Part shown: positions 23,480-41,667 of the stretch, one piece after another
Position numbering within the stretch: position 1 is the first letter of the stretch
Layout of the letters: each line of letters starts with the position of its first letter
Origin: Dicyema japonicum
Taxonomy: Eukaryota; Animalia; Dicyemida
Assembly: GCA_011109175.1 (NCBI GenBank)
Contig: RDEW01000063.1
Span: forward strand, 1-64,000
Direction of reading: 5' to 3'
Length of the DNA stretch: 64,000 bases
Translations under genes and position numbers: made by a program
The notes under the pieces: generated by a model
Database searches by the model: none
Seen by the model: the letters and a program-made list of their open reading frames with translations, nothing else
What the model was told of the DNA's origin: nothing

Positions 23480-24100
23480 CCCATGAACATATTAATCACA
23501 GAGGAATGCTGGAATCTGTTTGAACACATTCTGAGAATGGTGTCAACAAACACCAACAAATGTAATTATTGAAGACAACTTCGCAGTATCGGGGGGAAAT
23601 TCCGTGGACGACCACGTATGAAGTTCACAATGATGATCTGAGGAGTCTGGCATCGAACAGAGGAGGATGGAAGAGACTAATAACTAAGATCATTTGGTGG
23701 TGGCATATAATTTAAGTAATGTTGCTTAATGATAAATCTCATAAGAGGGGAACTGTCAATAATTTGAATACTTCATATTTTATTTATGAGCGAATCTCGC
23801 TCGCCATCATGAGAGGAAATAGCCACGCAGTCAGGACAGCCACTATATAACCGTCTACTCTCTTAATAAAAAGATTTATGACGTACGATGACTTTCCACA
23901 GATTGGATACCAGACGAATGGTGGTAGACATTCCAACAATCTCATAATTATAAATTTTATTGTTAAAACAGAACAAAATAAACAAAAAGCTCATGCAGCG
24001 GCCATCCTGACCGCGTGGATATTCCCTCTCAGGATGGCGAGCGAGATTCCCTCAAATAGCCAGCAGCGCTTACAGGGATCTCCTGTTCGTTCATAAATCC
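23480..24100. mobile_element. Cluster of short relics: RTE 3' end (about 23480-23700, +), CRE ends (about 23785-23850, +; about 23990-24100, -)
   Basis: GGKFRGRP and RGGWKRL; RISLAI.RGN motifs on both strands. Confidence 0.6.
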
Positions 24101-24719
24101 AATTCCTAGACAACTCAAGAATTCCAGCGTCGCAAAAGCAAGGGAATCAGACATTTAATTAAAAATTAATTAAAATTATTCCAAAGACCAAGAGTAACCT
24201 AACTAACTCCTTGATCCTGACTCGTTCCAGAACTTGTCTCCAGGTAACGACATTGTCCCCGGGGAAAGATTAGTGGATCCTCTTGATGCTGGCCATGCAT
24301 TGGGCGTCTCCTCAGTAAGGTGGATCCAATGACGCCATCAAAGGGAGGGAAAATAATTTTTGACATACTAGCCACATATCCCCACATGGCGCCACGTGGC
24401 AACTTAATTTTTCTAATAATATAATAATGATTTAGTTTATTGAGTTGGTTGTTGGGGATGTCTAATAGATGTAGTTGTTAAGATCCAACTTGGGTTATGA
24501 TTAGTGTTAATTAAAACATACTCAAATTTATTAAATTCATTAAGTGGTTTGTTGATTAATAAATTCAATACTGAATTAATATTAAACGTCAACAGTTTGT
24601 TATTGACATCATTGAAATTTAAATACTGTTTAGACAGAGTTTGACAATGGATGCGACCTCCTAACCACCATTATTATTAATAAAGGTACTTTCACAGAAC
24701 AAATAATGTTATATTAACT

Positions 24720-24895
24720 AAGGTGCCATTTGTGTCACGATTTAAGATCATTTTCATCAGACGCCTCCAGCGGGCTCTGTCCACTGCATGCGACCATGGG
24801 TTCTCTAGGTCGTCTGTAAATTCGAGTTTCTTTCAAATCATCCTAAGATCCTTGCTGAGGGTCACAGGGAATGTTTGGCAAGAGAGCTCCTTTCG
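24720..24895 (-). mobile_element. RTE 3' fragment
   Basis: FPVTLSKDL..DDLE..DRARWRRLMK, similar to 18780-18930. Confidence 0.65.
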
Positions 24896-25450
24896 TAAAA
24901 AAAACTATGTCAGTCTTACAAAATGATGACCTAAAACACTGAAAGGAGTATTCATATAAAATCTAGGATCATTGAATATAAGTGTGGCCATTGGATGATC
25001 CCGGCCTCTCTCAATAGCTTCCTATCTTGACTCAGTGTTCTAAATGATTCACGTGAAAATGCATAATAATAAACTAATTTGATTATTTCGATTTAATCAA
25101 TTCTCTAATTTGCTTCAAAACACTGTTTTCATTAAAATTAATAACAACTGCGATAAGCGGATGGTATTTCCTTGATGTAATGAAACAAGTGTACTATTAA
25201 AATATAATGATATGAACGAACCTTCTGTTTCTCAATTATAATTTCATTGACAAACCATATCACCTTAATTTAACCTTATCTTTATGATAAAGTTTGGAAA
25301 ATAGGTCATCTGTTTGATTTTGTTAAATTATAAAAAAAGAGGCCGGGATCACTTAATGGCCACACTTATATTCCATGATCCTAGATTTTATATGAATACT
25401 CCTTTCAGTGTTTTAGGTCATCATTTTGTAAGACTGACATAGTTTTTTTA
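24896..25450. repeat. Inverted pair of a 113-114 bp module (24896-25009 and 25338-25450)
   Basis: Arms differ at only a few positions; homology starts sharply at AGAGGCCGGGATC and ends at a T7-8 run. Confidence 0.9.
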
Positions 25451-25790
25451 CCTGCACCAACATATTTGCCTCTTGCAACCAACTACAGAGTGCCTCTGGA
25501 GCCTGCGGGTAAAGGCCGAGAAAATGAAACGGGAAAAGTACGCGCTCCTGTCCAAGGATTTTTTGTTTGTTCCCCTCGCCGTTAAGACGTCTGGTTCCCT
25601 TGCGCCTGCGACGCTGGAATTCTTGAGTCGTCTAAGGAATCGGATCGCTACACGAAAAGGAGACCCTCGTGAGCGCTACCGGTTATTTGGGCGAATCTCG
25701 CTTGCTATCCTGAAAGGGAATAGCCACGCAGTCAGGGCAGCTTCTATTTATTATTAAGGGCAGCTTCTATATAACCGTTACTCTATTTTG
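25451..25790 (+). mobile_element. CRE-clade 3' fragment (second family)
   Basis: VPLAVKTSGSL..GDPRE..RISLAILKGNSHAV. Confidence 0.8.
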
Positions 25791-26297
25791 TTTCTTAAAT
25801 AAATTCTTTGGTCCAAAAAAACATAATTAAGAAAATTCCTAAGGTGATAAAATTCAAAATATCTACTCTACTGATAAACATGATAAGAGCTACAAAAGTG
25901 AGTGAAATAAATGCTACATACAAATAATTATAATTGTCAAAATATAATTAAATAACCATAAAATAACAATTAATATTTTAGTATACATTTTCATTTCATC
26001 TTGAGGAGATGAGAAGGGACTGAGAAAGGCTGGAATCACACGGTTACTGGATTTTCTCTTAGCAAGCGGAGATTGTTGGTCTATAAATAAATTGAGGGAA
26101 ACCATTCAGCAGAGGCAATGTTGAAAATAATCCTATAATCCCAGACAAAATTACTTAAAAGAAATCAATTAAATATTAAATAAAATATTTTCAAATTAAC
26201 AATTTAATAATAACCGTTGCCAGGACTTGGATACATACGACACATATTTCTAAGTACGTTAAATAATCAAAATAAATAGAACTTTGACGACAAAGTT

Positions 26298-29200
26298 ATG
26301 ATGGAAAGTGATAAATCAGTTAAATCTTCTATACGCAAGAAAGCTATCAAAGAAAAGAAGAGATTTTCTATGAATATCGAAAATTTGATACCAGAAAATA
26401 AGCTAAAACACCAACAAAGCGATTGTAATGGTATTTGACCCAATTATTGCAATTTAATGCTGGACTTAAAGTCTGACATAATAACTACCCAATAATTATT
26501 TTCATTCCTAGTTTCTTACAAAAAGATGAATTCAACCACAAAATTCGGCCAACTAAAGGTTTCGGCCACGTAAATGAGTTTAGAGCTTGTACGGTTCCGT
26601 TAGGGATCCAGAGAAGAGGATTTCCATTGAATTTGATGAGACTGTCCCAAATAAGAGATGGAGCAGCATTGCAGAAGGACTTGAACAAGTCATGATTATA
26701 TATATATTAGCAGGAAGATTATAATACACACGATAAATTGAAAAATAATTTCATCGAAAATATGCAACAAGATAACCACAACACAGATATGTCAAAATTT
26801 AAATTGGTCTTTTACGACCAAACTATGCGCTATCTATTCCTTGATTTCTTGCTTAGAAATCTAATCCCTTCTGAATTTGTCATACTTTTGATTATTTTAG
26901 CTTTTCGGACTTTTGGTCGAATTTTTCAGGAAAGTACGTCTGAAAAAGAATCGAATGGGGAAGGATATGGAAATATTTGCATATCAAATATCCTCTCTTT
27001 TCCTGTGTGAGCATTCCCCGTTACAATTACCAAATTTGTCTGAATTCAGCGAATCAGTTATGAATGCAATTGCCACTGCTGAGAGTGAGACTGATATTAG
27101 GTCTGCCTTCGACTCAGCTTTTGAGAAAAACCTAAAGACATTATCAGATCAATTTCTAGCTTTTCTCAATGAAAGTATCTTATCTCATAAATCATAGAAA
27201 GTAAAATTAAAGACAAATATTTGGCCAAGGGTTCACAAATAAATATTCTTACATCTCAGGAGGACTTTCATATTGTCGTTGGTGCGCATTTAAAGAAAAT
27301 TGGGTTCCATTTTATATTATTTCTTAGGAAAAATTATAAACTTCCCTACAAGCTTGATTCACAATATACAAGAGAAAATGGGATTGTCGTTGCCCTCCAA
27401 CTGTTATTCTATTTAGAGGGCTTCAAAATCCCGTGCATATATTTACCGGAAGTTTACTTTCTTGATAAAAAACTCAAGATGAAAGTAAAACTATGTTTAT
27501 ATTTTAGACTTTAAAAAAACGATCTAATGTAATTATTTTTGGGAATTCTTAGACATTAAAAAACGCCCACTCTTTTAACGAGACTTTAATAAGTAGACCG
27601 AATATTTGTGGTATTTGCAATAAAATAATATGGGGAACCCTTCCTCAAGCTATGGAGTGTTCAAGTATGGTTCTGTTAACATACAGATTGTTTGACGATG
27701 GTGCATACATTTTGTTCACAAAATTCAACTGAAACGTGCTTAAAACGGAAGGAATCTTCTCTTTCGCTGAAAATGAATCTAAAAAGTATTATTTTTAATG
27801 AAACAAGCTTTAAAAGGCAGGAACATGAAGTTGAATACGTTGCATTTATCTTAATATTCTAGAATTACTGAGAAAAGAATTGATAGTCAGGTTGTATTTG
27901 CATTATTATAGAAGTCGTATATTAGTGGAGACAGTATTAATTTACATGAAGATGGTAATTATCTTATTTAAATAAGTTACTACTTTTGATTTTTTGGAGG
28001 ACCCAGATTTGAACTACCTATCTGATTTACCCAGTCTTGAATCTGTTTATGGAGCTGACCAGTGTAAAGCACTATCCCCAAATAATAGAAAATTTCATCA
28101 AGTGATGAATGGTTTGTCAAATATTTATTTCAGAGTTTATGCACACTGAAAGAACTCATCTTCGTATACTAAAAACCCTGAGTTTCTTTTTTCACAAACC
28201 AATGACTGAAACCTTTCCTGAAATAGCTGAAACCATCTTTCCGTCGCTTTCAGAACTCATTGAATACCATTGTTTAGTTGATCTTATTTCTAGCATTGTT
28301 AGTAACCAGTTTTAATGAGAGGGGATTAATAAAGCAAGTCACGAATAATTTTGCGGATTACCTGATTCCATTGGTACTAATTTATTTTGACGTCAGTTTA
28401 ACGATTCGGTCGTTGATGGATTCTTTAAAGCTTGTTGTGATTTTTGCTCAAATCAAAAGAATATTATTGAAGTGTACAAAGAAACTGTCAAGACAAACCC
28501 TGAGTTTGCCAACTTTGTTACTGTTGTTCGATATTTTGATGGTTGTAGGAGGGAGAGAAGACTAAGTTTTGTATGAACCTTAAACTAAAGGATTTGCTTA
28601 TTGCTCAGATGCAGAGACTAACAAAATATCCTTTATTCATAGATCAGCTCATAAAATATTCTAAGGGTTTATTTATTTATTATTTTTAAGATAATTCAGA
28701 GTTGGAAAAATTAGAAGTAATCAAAAAATACTTAATTGTGTGTCTAAAAAAAGTTAATGAAAATGCGGCCATGATGGATAATTATAATTATTTGGTCAAA
28801 GTGGCCTCTCTTGTGGAGGTTAAACAAGAAGGAAATGTTATCCCCAGTCCATATGATGTATTTTTAATAATTATACGAGACCTTCGATGTACTAGGGATC
28901 CCTCTACTACATAAAGGAGATGTAGGCGTAAAAGTAAACAAAAAAGTTAACGAATGCGTTCTGTTGCTCTTCCAGACCGATTTGGTGATTTTATTTAAAA
29001 GTGACACATCTCGATATGTTCTTCGTTCGTTCATGGATAAGGCCACCAATGTTGTAAAGGATGAACGAATTTCTCCAGTCTTTCCTCTAAGTGAGCACGT
29101 TGTGATTAGACTGCTTGCTGCTGGTATTAGTTTTGTTAGAATTTAAGATAAAAAGTGTTTTCTGGTTCTCCACAGTAAGGAATACAAATTGGTAACCTTT

Positions 29201-30155
29201 TACACAAACAGTAATAGTGCAGCAAAAACGTAAATTAGTGTGAAAACTTTTAGATGGGTTAATTTTCTGAATAAAAGCATCGAAGACATTAAAAATTCCA
29301 AGAATTCGTACAATATAGTTTTATTTGCAGTCAGATAGTGAATTTACAAGATAAGGTCCCTAGTGCAGATTTGGATACGAATAAAACCATTGAGCCTGAA
29401 GTAGACCCTATAGTGGAGATTCAAGAAGAAATAAAAGAGGTCAACCCGCGTAAGGATATTTCTAATTCTCGTCGTTTGAGGAAAATACGTTCACTGCATG
29501 AACGAACGAGCATAATGGTTGCACAAAAGGTGGTTTTACTACTAAATATAGTCATCTGCCGACCCTTTGCTTGATTTAGTGATTGGTAAATTAAACTCAG
29601 TCTTCTCTGACATTGAATCTAATGAAAACAACAGTGTGCCGTCTCGTTTCGCTTAATTTAATTCATATAGCTTATATTTATTTGTCAGAGACCCAATTAC
29701 CTAATCTTCATAAAATGGTACAGGCATTGGAAGATATGAAGGTAGATTATGTCATGATTTCGCAGAGTAAACAAGAAAAAAAGGAATCCATAGTGCAATC
29801 ACAAAAAACGTCTTTTTGTGGTTGTTTTAATAGTAACTTGAGATACACTAAATGAAAAGGACAATGATATTTTCCCCTTTAATCTTCCTCCTGAAGGTAG
29901 TTGTGTACTAATCTTCAGATTTGAGTGATGTTAGTAATTCTGTGAAAATGTCATCGGAAATTGACGTCCTAGGTTTGATATGGTTTATTAGATGTAGATT
30001 TGAGTGAATCAGAGAATGTAGTAGAGGATAATAACGACCAGTCTGGAAATGAGATAACAAACTTTAATGACACCTTAAAACAGGAAATTGTCCTGAGTGA
30101 ATCATCTGTTGCCTTGGAATCTATTTTACGTTCAGATGATGAAAACATAATTTAA
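26298..30155 (+). CDS. RhoGEF of the RhoGEF2/LARG/PDZ-RhoGEF type (RGS-like, C1, DH, PH), about 28 introns
   Basis: Canonical splicing of mostly 21-26 nt introns gives a stop-free frame with a C1 finger (AHSF..CGIC..CSNC..VH..C), EFMHTERTHLR, DLLIAQMQRLTKYPLF and a PH domain; 5' end uncertain. Confidence 0.9.
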
Positions 30156-30379
30156 TATACATTAATTGTTATATTTTCTTTATTATTAAACTTTAATAAG
30201 ACTAATTAAAATATAATTCTTGGTTTATTTAGTAACCAACTCTTGTGGGTTCTCGTTGACAAACACTTCGAGGCACAGTCTAATTCAGTTGGGGTGAATA
30301 TACCTAAATTTATTGGAAATCCAAGACCTCTTACAAACAAAATTACAATAATGAAGTAACAAATGCATTCATACACCTA

Positions 30380-31452
30380 AAAGAAATTCGAAGGTAGCCA
30401 TCCTAGCCCTCAAACCTAAAAGAGCTACCTCCTCGATTGTCCTCTCTGTGGAGAACGTGCAGAAAATGGTTAAGGGTCAAAAGTCGACTTATTCCTGCGG
30501 TCCGGACGGAATCCCTACAATAGTTCTGAAAAATAGGCCCTGTGCTACATGGCCCTCACCAAAATTTCAACTTTTCAATCAACGAAAATTGTGAAAATTG
30601 TATTCTTTCCATATGGAAGCTATCAAACATACGACCTATTCTGAAACCCGGCGACCAAAGGGATCACCAGCCTCATTCAGACCAATATCTCTCCTATGTT
30701 TTACATCAAAACTTTTGGAAAAGCTGATTCTTGAACTAATCAAATCATACCTTCCTGATGCACCTTTTTAACACGGATAGAAAAGGGCACTCCACAGAAA
30801 CACATCTTACATGCCTTACAAATTTCATCAAGGATGGCCTAAAACGCAAACCTCATCAGAAGTCTTTGTTATGCTCCATCGATATAGAAAAAGCTTTAGA
30901 CACTGTTCCAAGAAAGGTTTTGATAAGGAAGATCTTTACATCAAAAATCCCAAACTACCTGAAAATCTGGATTGCTAATTTCCTAAATGGAAGAAGAGGA
31001 AGAGTAACAAATAGAAAAACTATGTCAGTGACCAATTTCCATCTAAATGGGGTCTCTCAAGGATCTCCACTGTCACCACACCTGTTCAACCTAGTCTTAA
31101 ATGATATGCCCTCCCTTACCGGTGACGATACTCTGGTTCTGACATATACGGATGATATAATCGTCGCAGTCAAAGACCAGTGCGTTCATACTGCTGTATA
31201 CCGGCTACAAGGTTCATTGGACGATCTGAACTGGGTCTCGTCAAGAACATTATACATACAAGTCCCGAAAAGTTTTATACAACAATTTTCACAACAGAGG
31301 ATTGACAAACTCCGCTCCATGTGTAACCATAAATGGAAACTCAATCCCCACGACCAACTCGGTCAAGATACTGGGCGTAACATACGACCCACTTTTGACC
31401 TTTAGCGAACACATCGACAACGTCATTTTCTCGGCACATCGAAAGCTAAATT
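30380..31452 (+). mobile_element. Jockey/I-group LINE RT fragment
   Basis: SCGPDG, IDIEKALDTV, GVSQGSPLSP, YTDD and KILGVTYD motifs with frameshifts. Confidence 0.85.
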
Positions 31453-31781
31453 TTCAAAATTCCGTGCATATATTTACCGGAAGTCTACTTTCTTGATAAA
31501 AAACTCAAGATGAAAGTAAAACTATGTTTATATTTTAGACTTAGAAAAAACGATCTAATGTAATAATTATGGGAATTCATAGACATTAAAAAACGCCCAC
31601 TCTTTTAACGAGACTTTAATAAGTAGACCGAATATTTGTGGTATTTGCAATAAAATAATATGGGGAACCCTTCCACAAGCTATGGAGTGTTCAAGTATGG
31701 TTCTGTTAACATATAGATTGTTCGACGATGGTGCATACATTTTGTTCACAAAATTCAACTGAAACGTGCTTAAAACGGAAG
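31453..31781 (+). pseudogene. Duplicated fragment of the RhoGEF C1 region (source 27422-27751), introns retained
   Basis: Near-identical 329-bp copy including three micro-introns; TTA changed to TAG at 31542-31544. Confidence 0.9.
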
Positions 31782-31789
31782 ACAGACTT

Positions 31790-32400
31790 ATAATCCTTCT
31801 AACAATGGAAACTACTATCTCTGTTCTAGAAAGGATTTATCTTACTGTTGACGAATATCTGTCTCTGGATCAAAATGGATTAAGAAGAGGAAAGTCATTG
31901 GCGGATATTGTATGGACACATATATAGATAGGCGCCATGACGCAGAGATTCCAGATGACTGTTCACATACTGGAGATTGATCTCTCCTGGACGTTCGATA
32001 CTGTACGCAGAGAGAAACTAACAGAGAATGAAGACAGTCAGAGAATGGTACTTTGTTGTACGAGGACAGTCAGAGAATGATCCGGGTCCTATTTGCGAAC
32101 ACTAAAATACAACTCTGGATCGGTTCAGAGCAATCACTTAATTTGATACACATATTGGCAATCCTCAAGGAGATTCTTTATCGTCACTACTATTTGTTAA
32201 CTATTTGAAAGCTGCTCTTCGGCACCTACGAGCCAAAACTGGATCGACTTCGATCACAGAACTAATTTACGCGGATGAAGTAGACTTTGTTTCGGAAAAC
32301 ATAAAGGATATCAGGACTGTTCTAAATCATGCTTCAGGGGAATGGTTTCTGAAAATGAACGAGCAAAAGACGGAGGTCAAAACTGTTAAAGAGAAACTCA
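31790..32400 (+). mobile_element. RTE RT fragment
   Basis: GIDLSWTFDTV, PQGDSL and LIYADEVDF motifs. Confidence 0.8.
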
Positions 32401-32439
32401 ATTGACAGATGATCAAATAAATAAAATAATCAGTTGATT

Positions 32440-32960
32440 TATCCCCAGTAAAGCATATTTAAAACTGCCATCCATCCAAAGTGGACCCTGCCGACATTAT
32501 CGACGTTGCGTTGCCTCTCACGATTTCAACAGAGATCAACTGGAGTAGCCACCGGGTTTCACGTGCGTCGTGGCTTTTTAGTGTAGCTAAGCGTCCAAGT
32601 TTCTTTAGGAAGCGAAGCGATTTTCCACTTATTCCTCCAGTTGTCTCGACCACAATCGGATAGAACGCGAATCGGTCGCGTAGCGCTTCGTATTTTTTTT
32701 CCTTTGCCCTCATCGTTTTTTCCGCGGCATACAGCGTGTCTACCGCGCTCCGATAATGTTGGACGGGCAAAGTGTGTCGACATTAGTAGCGTTTCAGATC
32801 AAAGGTTTCCTCTCTTCAAATGGGAAAATTGTGATCCCGTCGGGACGTTTTCCGTCTCCTCTGTCCAGACCAACAGGTTCTAGTATGGCGGGGTATCCCG
32901 TAGACTCCAAGGCTCGTTTGATAATTCCTTTGATCGCCTTGTGTCAGCTAACTGATTGGT
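32440..32960 (-). mobile_element. CRE-clade REL/3' fragment (third family)
   Basis: LEPVGLDRGDGKRPDG, PIVVETTGG and ISVEIVRGNA motifs. Confidence 0.85.
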
Positions 32961-33602
32961 AAAATGTTCAGCGATAGAAAATGCAATCGATTTTTGCACT
33001 TAAAAGATCAAAGTCGTCAACGCCGCGCGTTTATACAATGCATTTATTCTGCCTATTTTGCTATAAAACTGAGGAATGTTTGAATCAAACTTGTACTGAA
33101 AGCCTGAATGTTTTTCAAAACAACTGAAATCCCTATTGGACATACGATATCTGAAAGCGATCAGTAACCAGAACCTATACACCATCTGTAAATCTGAAAG
33201 CTTGAGAACACTATAAGGAACACTCTATGGGGACTATTTGGACATATCTTGAGAATGGATCATGTAGTCCCAGCAAATGACATCATGGAATCGTATTTCC
33301 TAAGCACCGGCCCATTTCGGGGCAGACCACGGACAACCCTTCCACTGACCATAAACAATGCATATATTAATAACAGTAATGTTTCATTATTAAACCTCAG
33401 CTTAGGTAGAACTCACACTTTACTTAAGAAGCTTCAAGGCGTCAATGGAATTAACTTCTCGTTCTTTTTCTTTTTTCTTGTGTATGAGTCCTTTGTCTTC
33501 TAAAACTCACAAGGGGAAGGTCACTAATTGTTAAATAGCAATTTTTTGATGTTTAAATAAATTAAGTCAATAGATATTATTAATATAATTAAATGTTTTA
33601 AC

Positions 33603-34864
33603 TTAGGTTATAAATTTATTTGGCAGACCAAGTTGGCATTCTTGTTCAATGTCATCAGGGATCACGTCGAATAGAAGTTCTTCAAATCTATCTAAGTCAC
33701 ACATTTTTGCGCAGCCAAAAAAAGTCATGAAAGAATACCTGGAATTTCAAGTACACTAATGTTTGAGCTGTTTAATCTGTAGAGAATTCTTACGTACCAC
33801 GTGTTATTAATTTCGTGGAGTTCAAAGAAAATAGAAGCAGCAAACTCCGGGAAAGTGCCATTGAAGACTCCCATTGTTCCTAGTAGTGACATTATCGTCG
33901 AATCATGCTACAATAAAACTTATTACAAACTCCAGAGTAAATCATTGCTTTTTCATAAATTCCTGGCTTTTTGAGTCTCTTATTTTTCATTGAATTAATT
34001 ATCTCTTTTAAGAGAGGTCCTTTAATCTGAGAAAATATAACCTCCACGTAGACGATTCATTTGTTTGTCATTTCTGTAAATCATGTGCTTTAAGGAAGAC
34101 AAATCTTTCATTGTTTCGAAAATCGAATCGTTCAGCCAATATGGCATTGCAAGACCCTCAGCTTTCTTAAAATTATGTTAAAGCTTACATCACATAAAAT
34201 ATTACTAAAAATTTTAGGAATTTGATCAAAAGGCTTGTAAGAGAATCCTGCTAATTTTGAAATCCTTGATATGAATTCCTGAATAGTCATTTTTATTTTA
34301 CTCTGTTTTCGTTGTCAATTTTCTTAATAAGTGGATCATGCTTTCTAGCCAGCAAATCATAAGCAGGACAAGGATATTTCATTCGGATAATCTCTATATT
34401 TTGCAAAATCTACTTTATCTTCATTTTTGGGAATTGTGGAAACTGGAATTGGCCTCCAAGAGATATTATGATTCCAAATTTGATCTCCCGATGGGGGATA
34501 AAGCCCAGCCAAGTTAGCTAAGGCACTCATAATAGTTCTCTCCTTGTCAGAGGAAATTATCTTAACATCTGACAGATTGTAGGGAATCAAAAATGGATAT
34601 GTCTTCCTAATATATTGTCCTAGTTCGTATTGCATAGATAGTCCATTCTAATAAACTCAATTATCACAAAATACGTTAGTTAGTTGCCCAAAACCTTGTT
34701 TCCAATGATCAAAGTGCTTGTTTGAAGGAAAAAGATCAATTGGACTTCGAGCTCCATGTCTATAAATCTACATATAGTTATAGTCTGCCTACAATATTGA
34801 GATATCTCAGAGTCCTGGGATTTCGACATTTCACAAGATAGATAGAAATAATGAGAAAAATCAT
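33603..34864 (-). CDS. Secreted/lysosomal histidine acid phosphatase (ACP2/ACPP-like)
   Basis: Signal-like MIFLIISIYLV; RHGARSP; GQLT; RTIMSA.ANLAGLYP; YSGHDST; IPGCAKMC; nine 22-27 nt introns, one ending TG. Confidence 0.92.
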
Positions 34865-35339
34865 TAATCATGAAATATTTGATTGACTTATATACACTGT
34901 CATTATCAAATTTATGGTTTTTGATAATATTACTGTGGGTTAGATTCTACACAAAATTAAGAGGATCATCTGTCATAACACCAAGTATAGTTTATTATCT
35001 GTCGCTAACAATCAAAAATGAGAAAATTTATCCTCACAGTTAAATTTCATAAGGCACATTTTACCTCACTAATGATAACAAGCCGTATGACATTATGTGG
35101 TGAAATGTGGCTAATTGATTAAAAAATATCTTCCTTCCCTCAAATGGCGTCAGGGAGACAATTTCGTTTCCTGGCGACGAGTTTTGTAATCACCCTCAAT
35201 TCCCTGGACAACGTCCCCTGGATCACTGTTCTTGGATGAAGGTTCTGTTTGAACACGTTAGGATCAAAGAATCAGTTAGTTTGGTTCTACCTTGTTTTTT
35301 TTAAATAATTTTATTTCTAATAACAGGTTACATCGTTGT

Positions 35340-35760
35340 AGAATCACGGAATCAAGACGTCCGGGAAGCCATGTTGAGAATACCTGAACCGTTAACTTGT
35401 AAAATTGACTGACAATTAGCCTTGATATATTCGTTACATCCATATTCACCTCAGACAATAAATATAAAGTCAATTGAAGTGGATGAGAAAGCATTACCAT
35501 TTAAGGATGGAAAAAATCCTGGGAGTGATCTTCGATGCATATATGTGTTTCTCACGGCATGTCGGAAATGTGAGAAAAAATAACCTGAAAAGCCTAAAGG
35601 GCTATGGAAATCGGGAACCATCCCGTACTGAAAACGCTTTACTCGCAATATATTGAGCCCTGTATTTCCTATACATGTGACTCATGAGTGCCTTCGATCT
35701 AATGCTCAGAAAATTGTTGGAACGTGTTCAACAAATAACAATGCTCTTCTATTGTGTCTG
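35340..35760 (+). mobile_element. Jockey/I-group LINE C-terminal relic
   Basis: KILGVIFDAYMCFSRHV motif, otherwise degenerate. Confidence 0.5.
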
Positions 35761-36009
35761 AGATGGCTTAGTTAGTTGAACATTCTATCTATTTTAACTC
35801 AGTGGTGCTGGGGTGATAATAATAAAGGTTATGTTCTATTGAAAATCTTGATACTCAGTAGAAATCTAGCAACTATTTTAGAGTCATCAATGAAGTCAGA
35901 ATATAGTCAGTTTAGAGTTTAATAAATAATTTAAATAAAGTGTTTTTCTATTAAAAATCTATTATAATAGGCAAATATCGTAGAAACATAATTATTGTAT
36001 TTCCACACG

Positions 36010-36590
36010 TGCGATTTTCAGATCAATCTTGTCCATCCTCCCCCTGTTACACGCCAAACTTCTCATAGAATCCAGATCCTTCCCACTTACGAGCCTCCGG
36101 TTGATTGCCTTGAGATCCTCATCCAACACTTCCGGTAAAAATCTAACGTCTCGTAAAAAACACGAAGAGTGAATACAGAATAAAATAATACCTTAAAGCA
36201 AAGAAGTACACATGCCTCGGTGAGCAGTACACATTTGGACCAGTCGCAGTCGAAACTTCGGGAGTCATAGGAAGCAGGTCGTTAGCCCTGCTCAACAAAA
36301 TTGGATCGTTAGTCGCTAAAAGGAAGAGGGATGTCAGAGAGAAGGGCTGGCTCATTGAGCGCATCTCCTTACAGATCGTAAGGGGAAATGCGCTCTCAAT
36401 CCTGAGAGCTGCCAGTAGCCTTTAACTATTTGGTTTTATTCTTCAATAAATTGTTATTGATTCTTGTATTAAAATCAATTTATTACGAAAAAAATTGAGC
36501 AAATGGTCATATAGTGGCCGCCCTGACTGCGTGGTTATTTCTTCTCAAGATAGCGAGATTTGCTCAAATAACCAGCAGGTCTTGCGGTAT
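36010..36590. mobile_element. Cluster: RTE 3' end (about 36010-36140, -), CRE 3' ends (about 36225-36430, +; about 36500-36590, -)
   Basis: 36010-36140 resembles 52920-53050; PVAVETSGVIG..ERISLQIVRGN on plus strand. Confidence 0.7.
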
Positions 36591-36813
36591 ACTATTAAAA
36601 AATATTTATCAATTTATTCTTAAGTGCTAATTATAATAAGAATTGATGACTAATAATTTCAAAAAAAAAAATCTGCTGGTTATTTTCCCTGCAGTCCTGA
36701 GAGGGATATCAGTGAGCTCCAAATCTAATTTTTCGTGTAAATAAAAAAGTAATCAATAAATATAATTACGAAAAGTGAAATTATCAACAAATTAGTTTAT
36801 AAACACAATCTGC

Positions 36814-41667
<4,854 letters not shown>

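Noticed and set aside
24915-24945. C/D box snoRNA (ATGATGA ... CTGA) in the 113-bp module
   Set aside because: The boxes are only about 10 nt apart and no guide or terminal stem is evident
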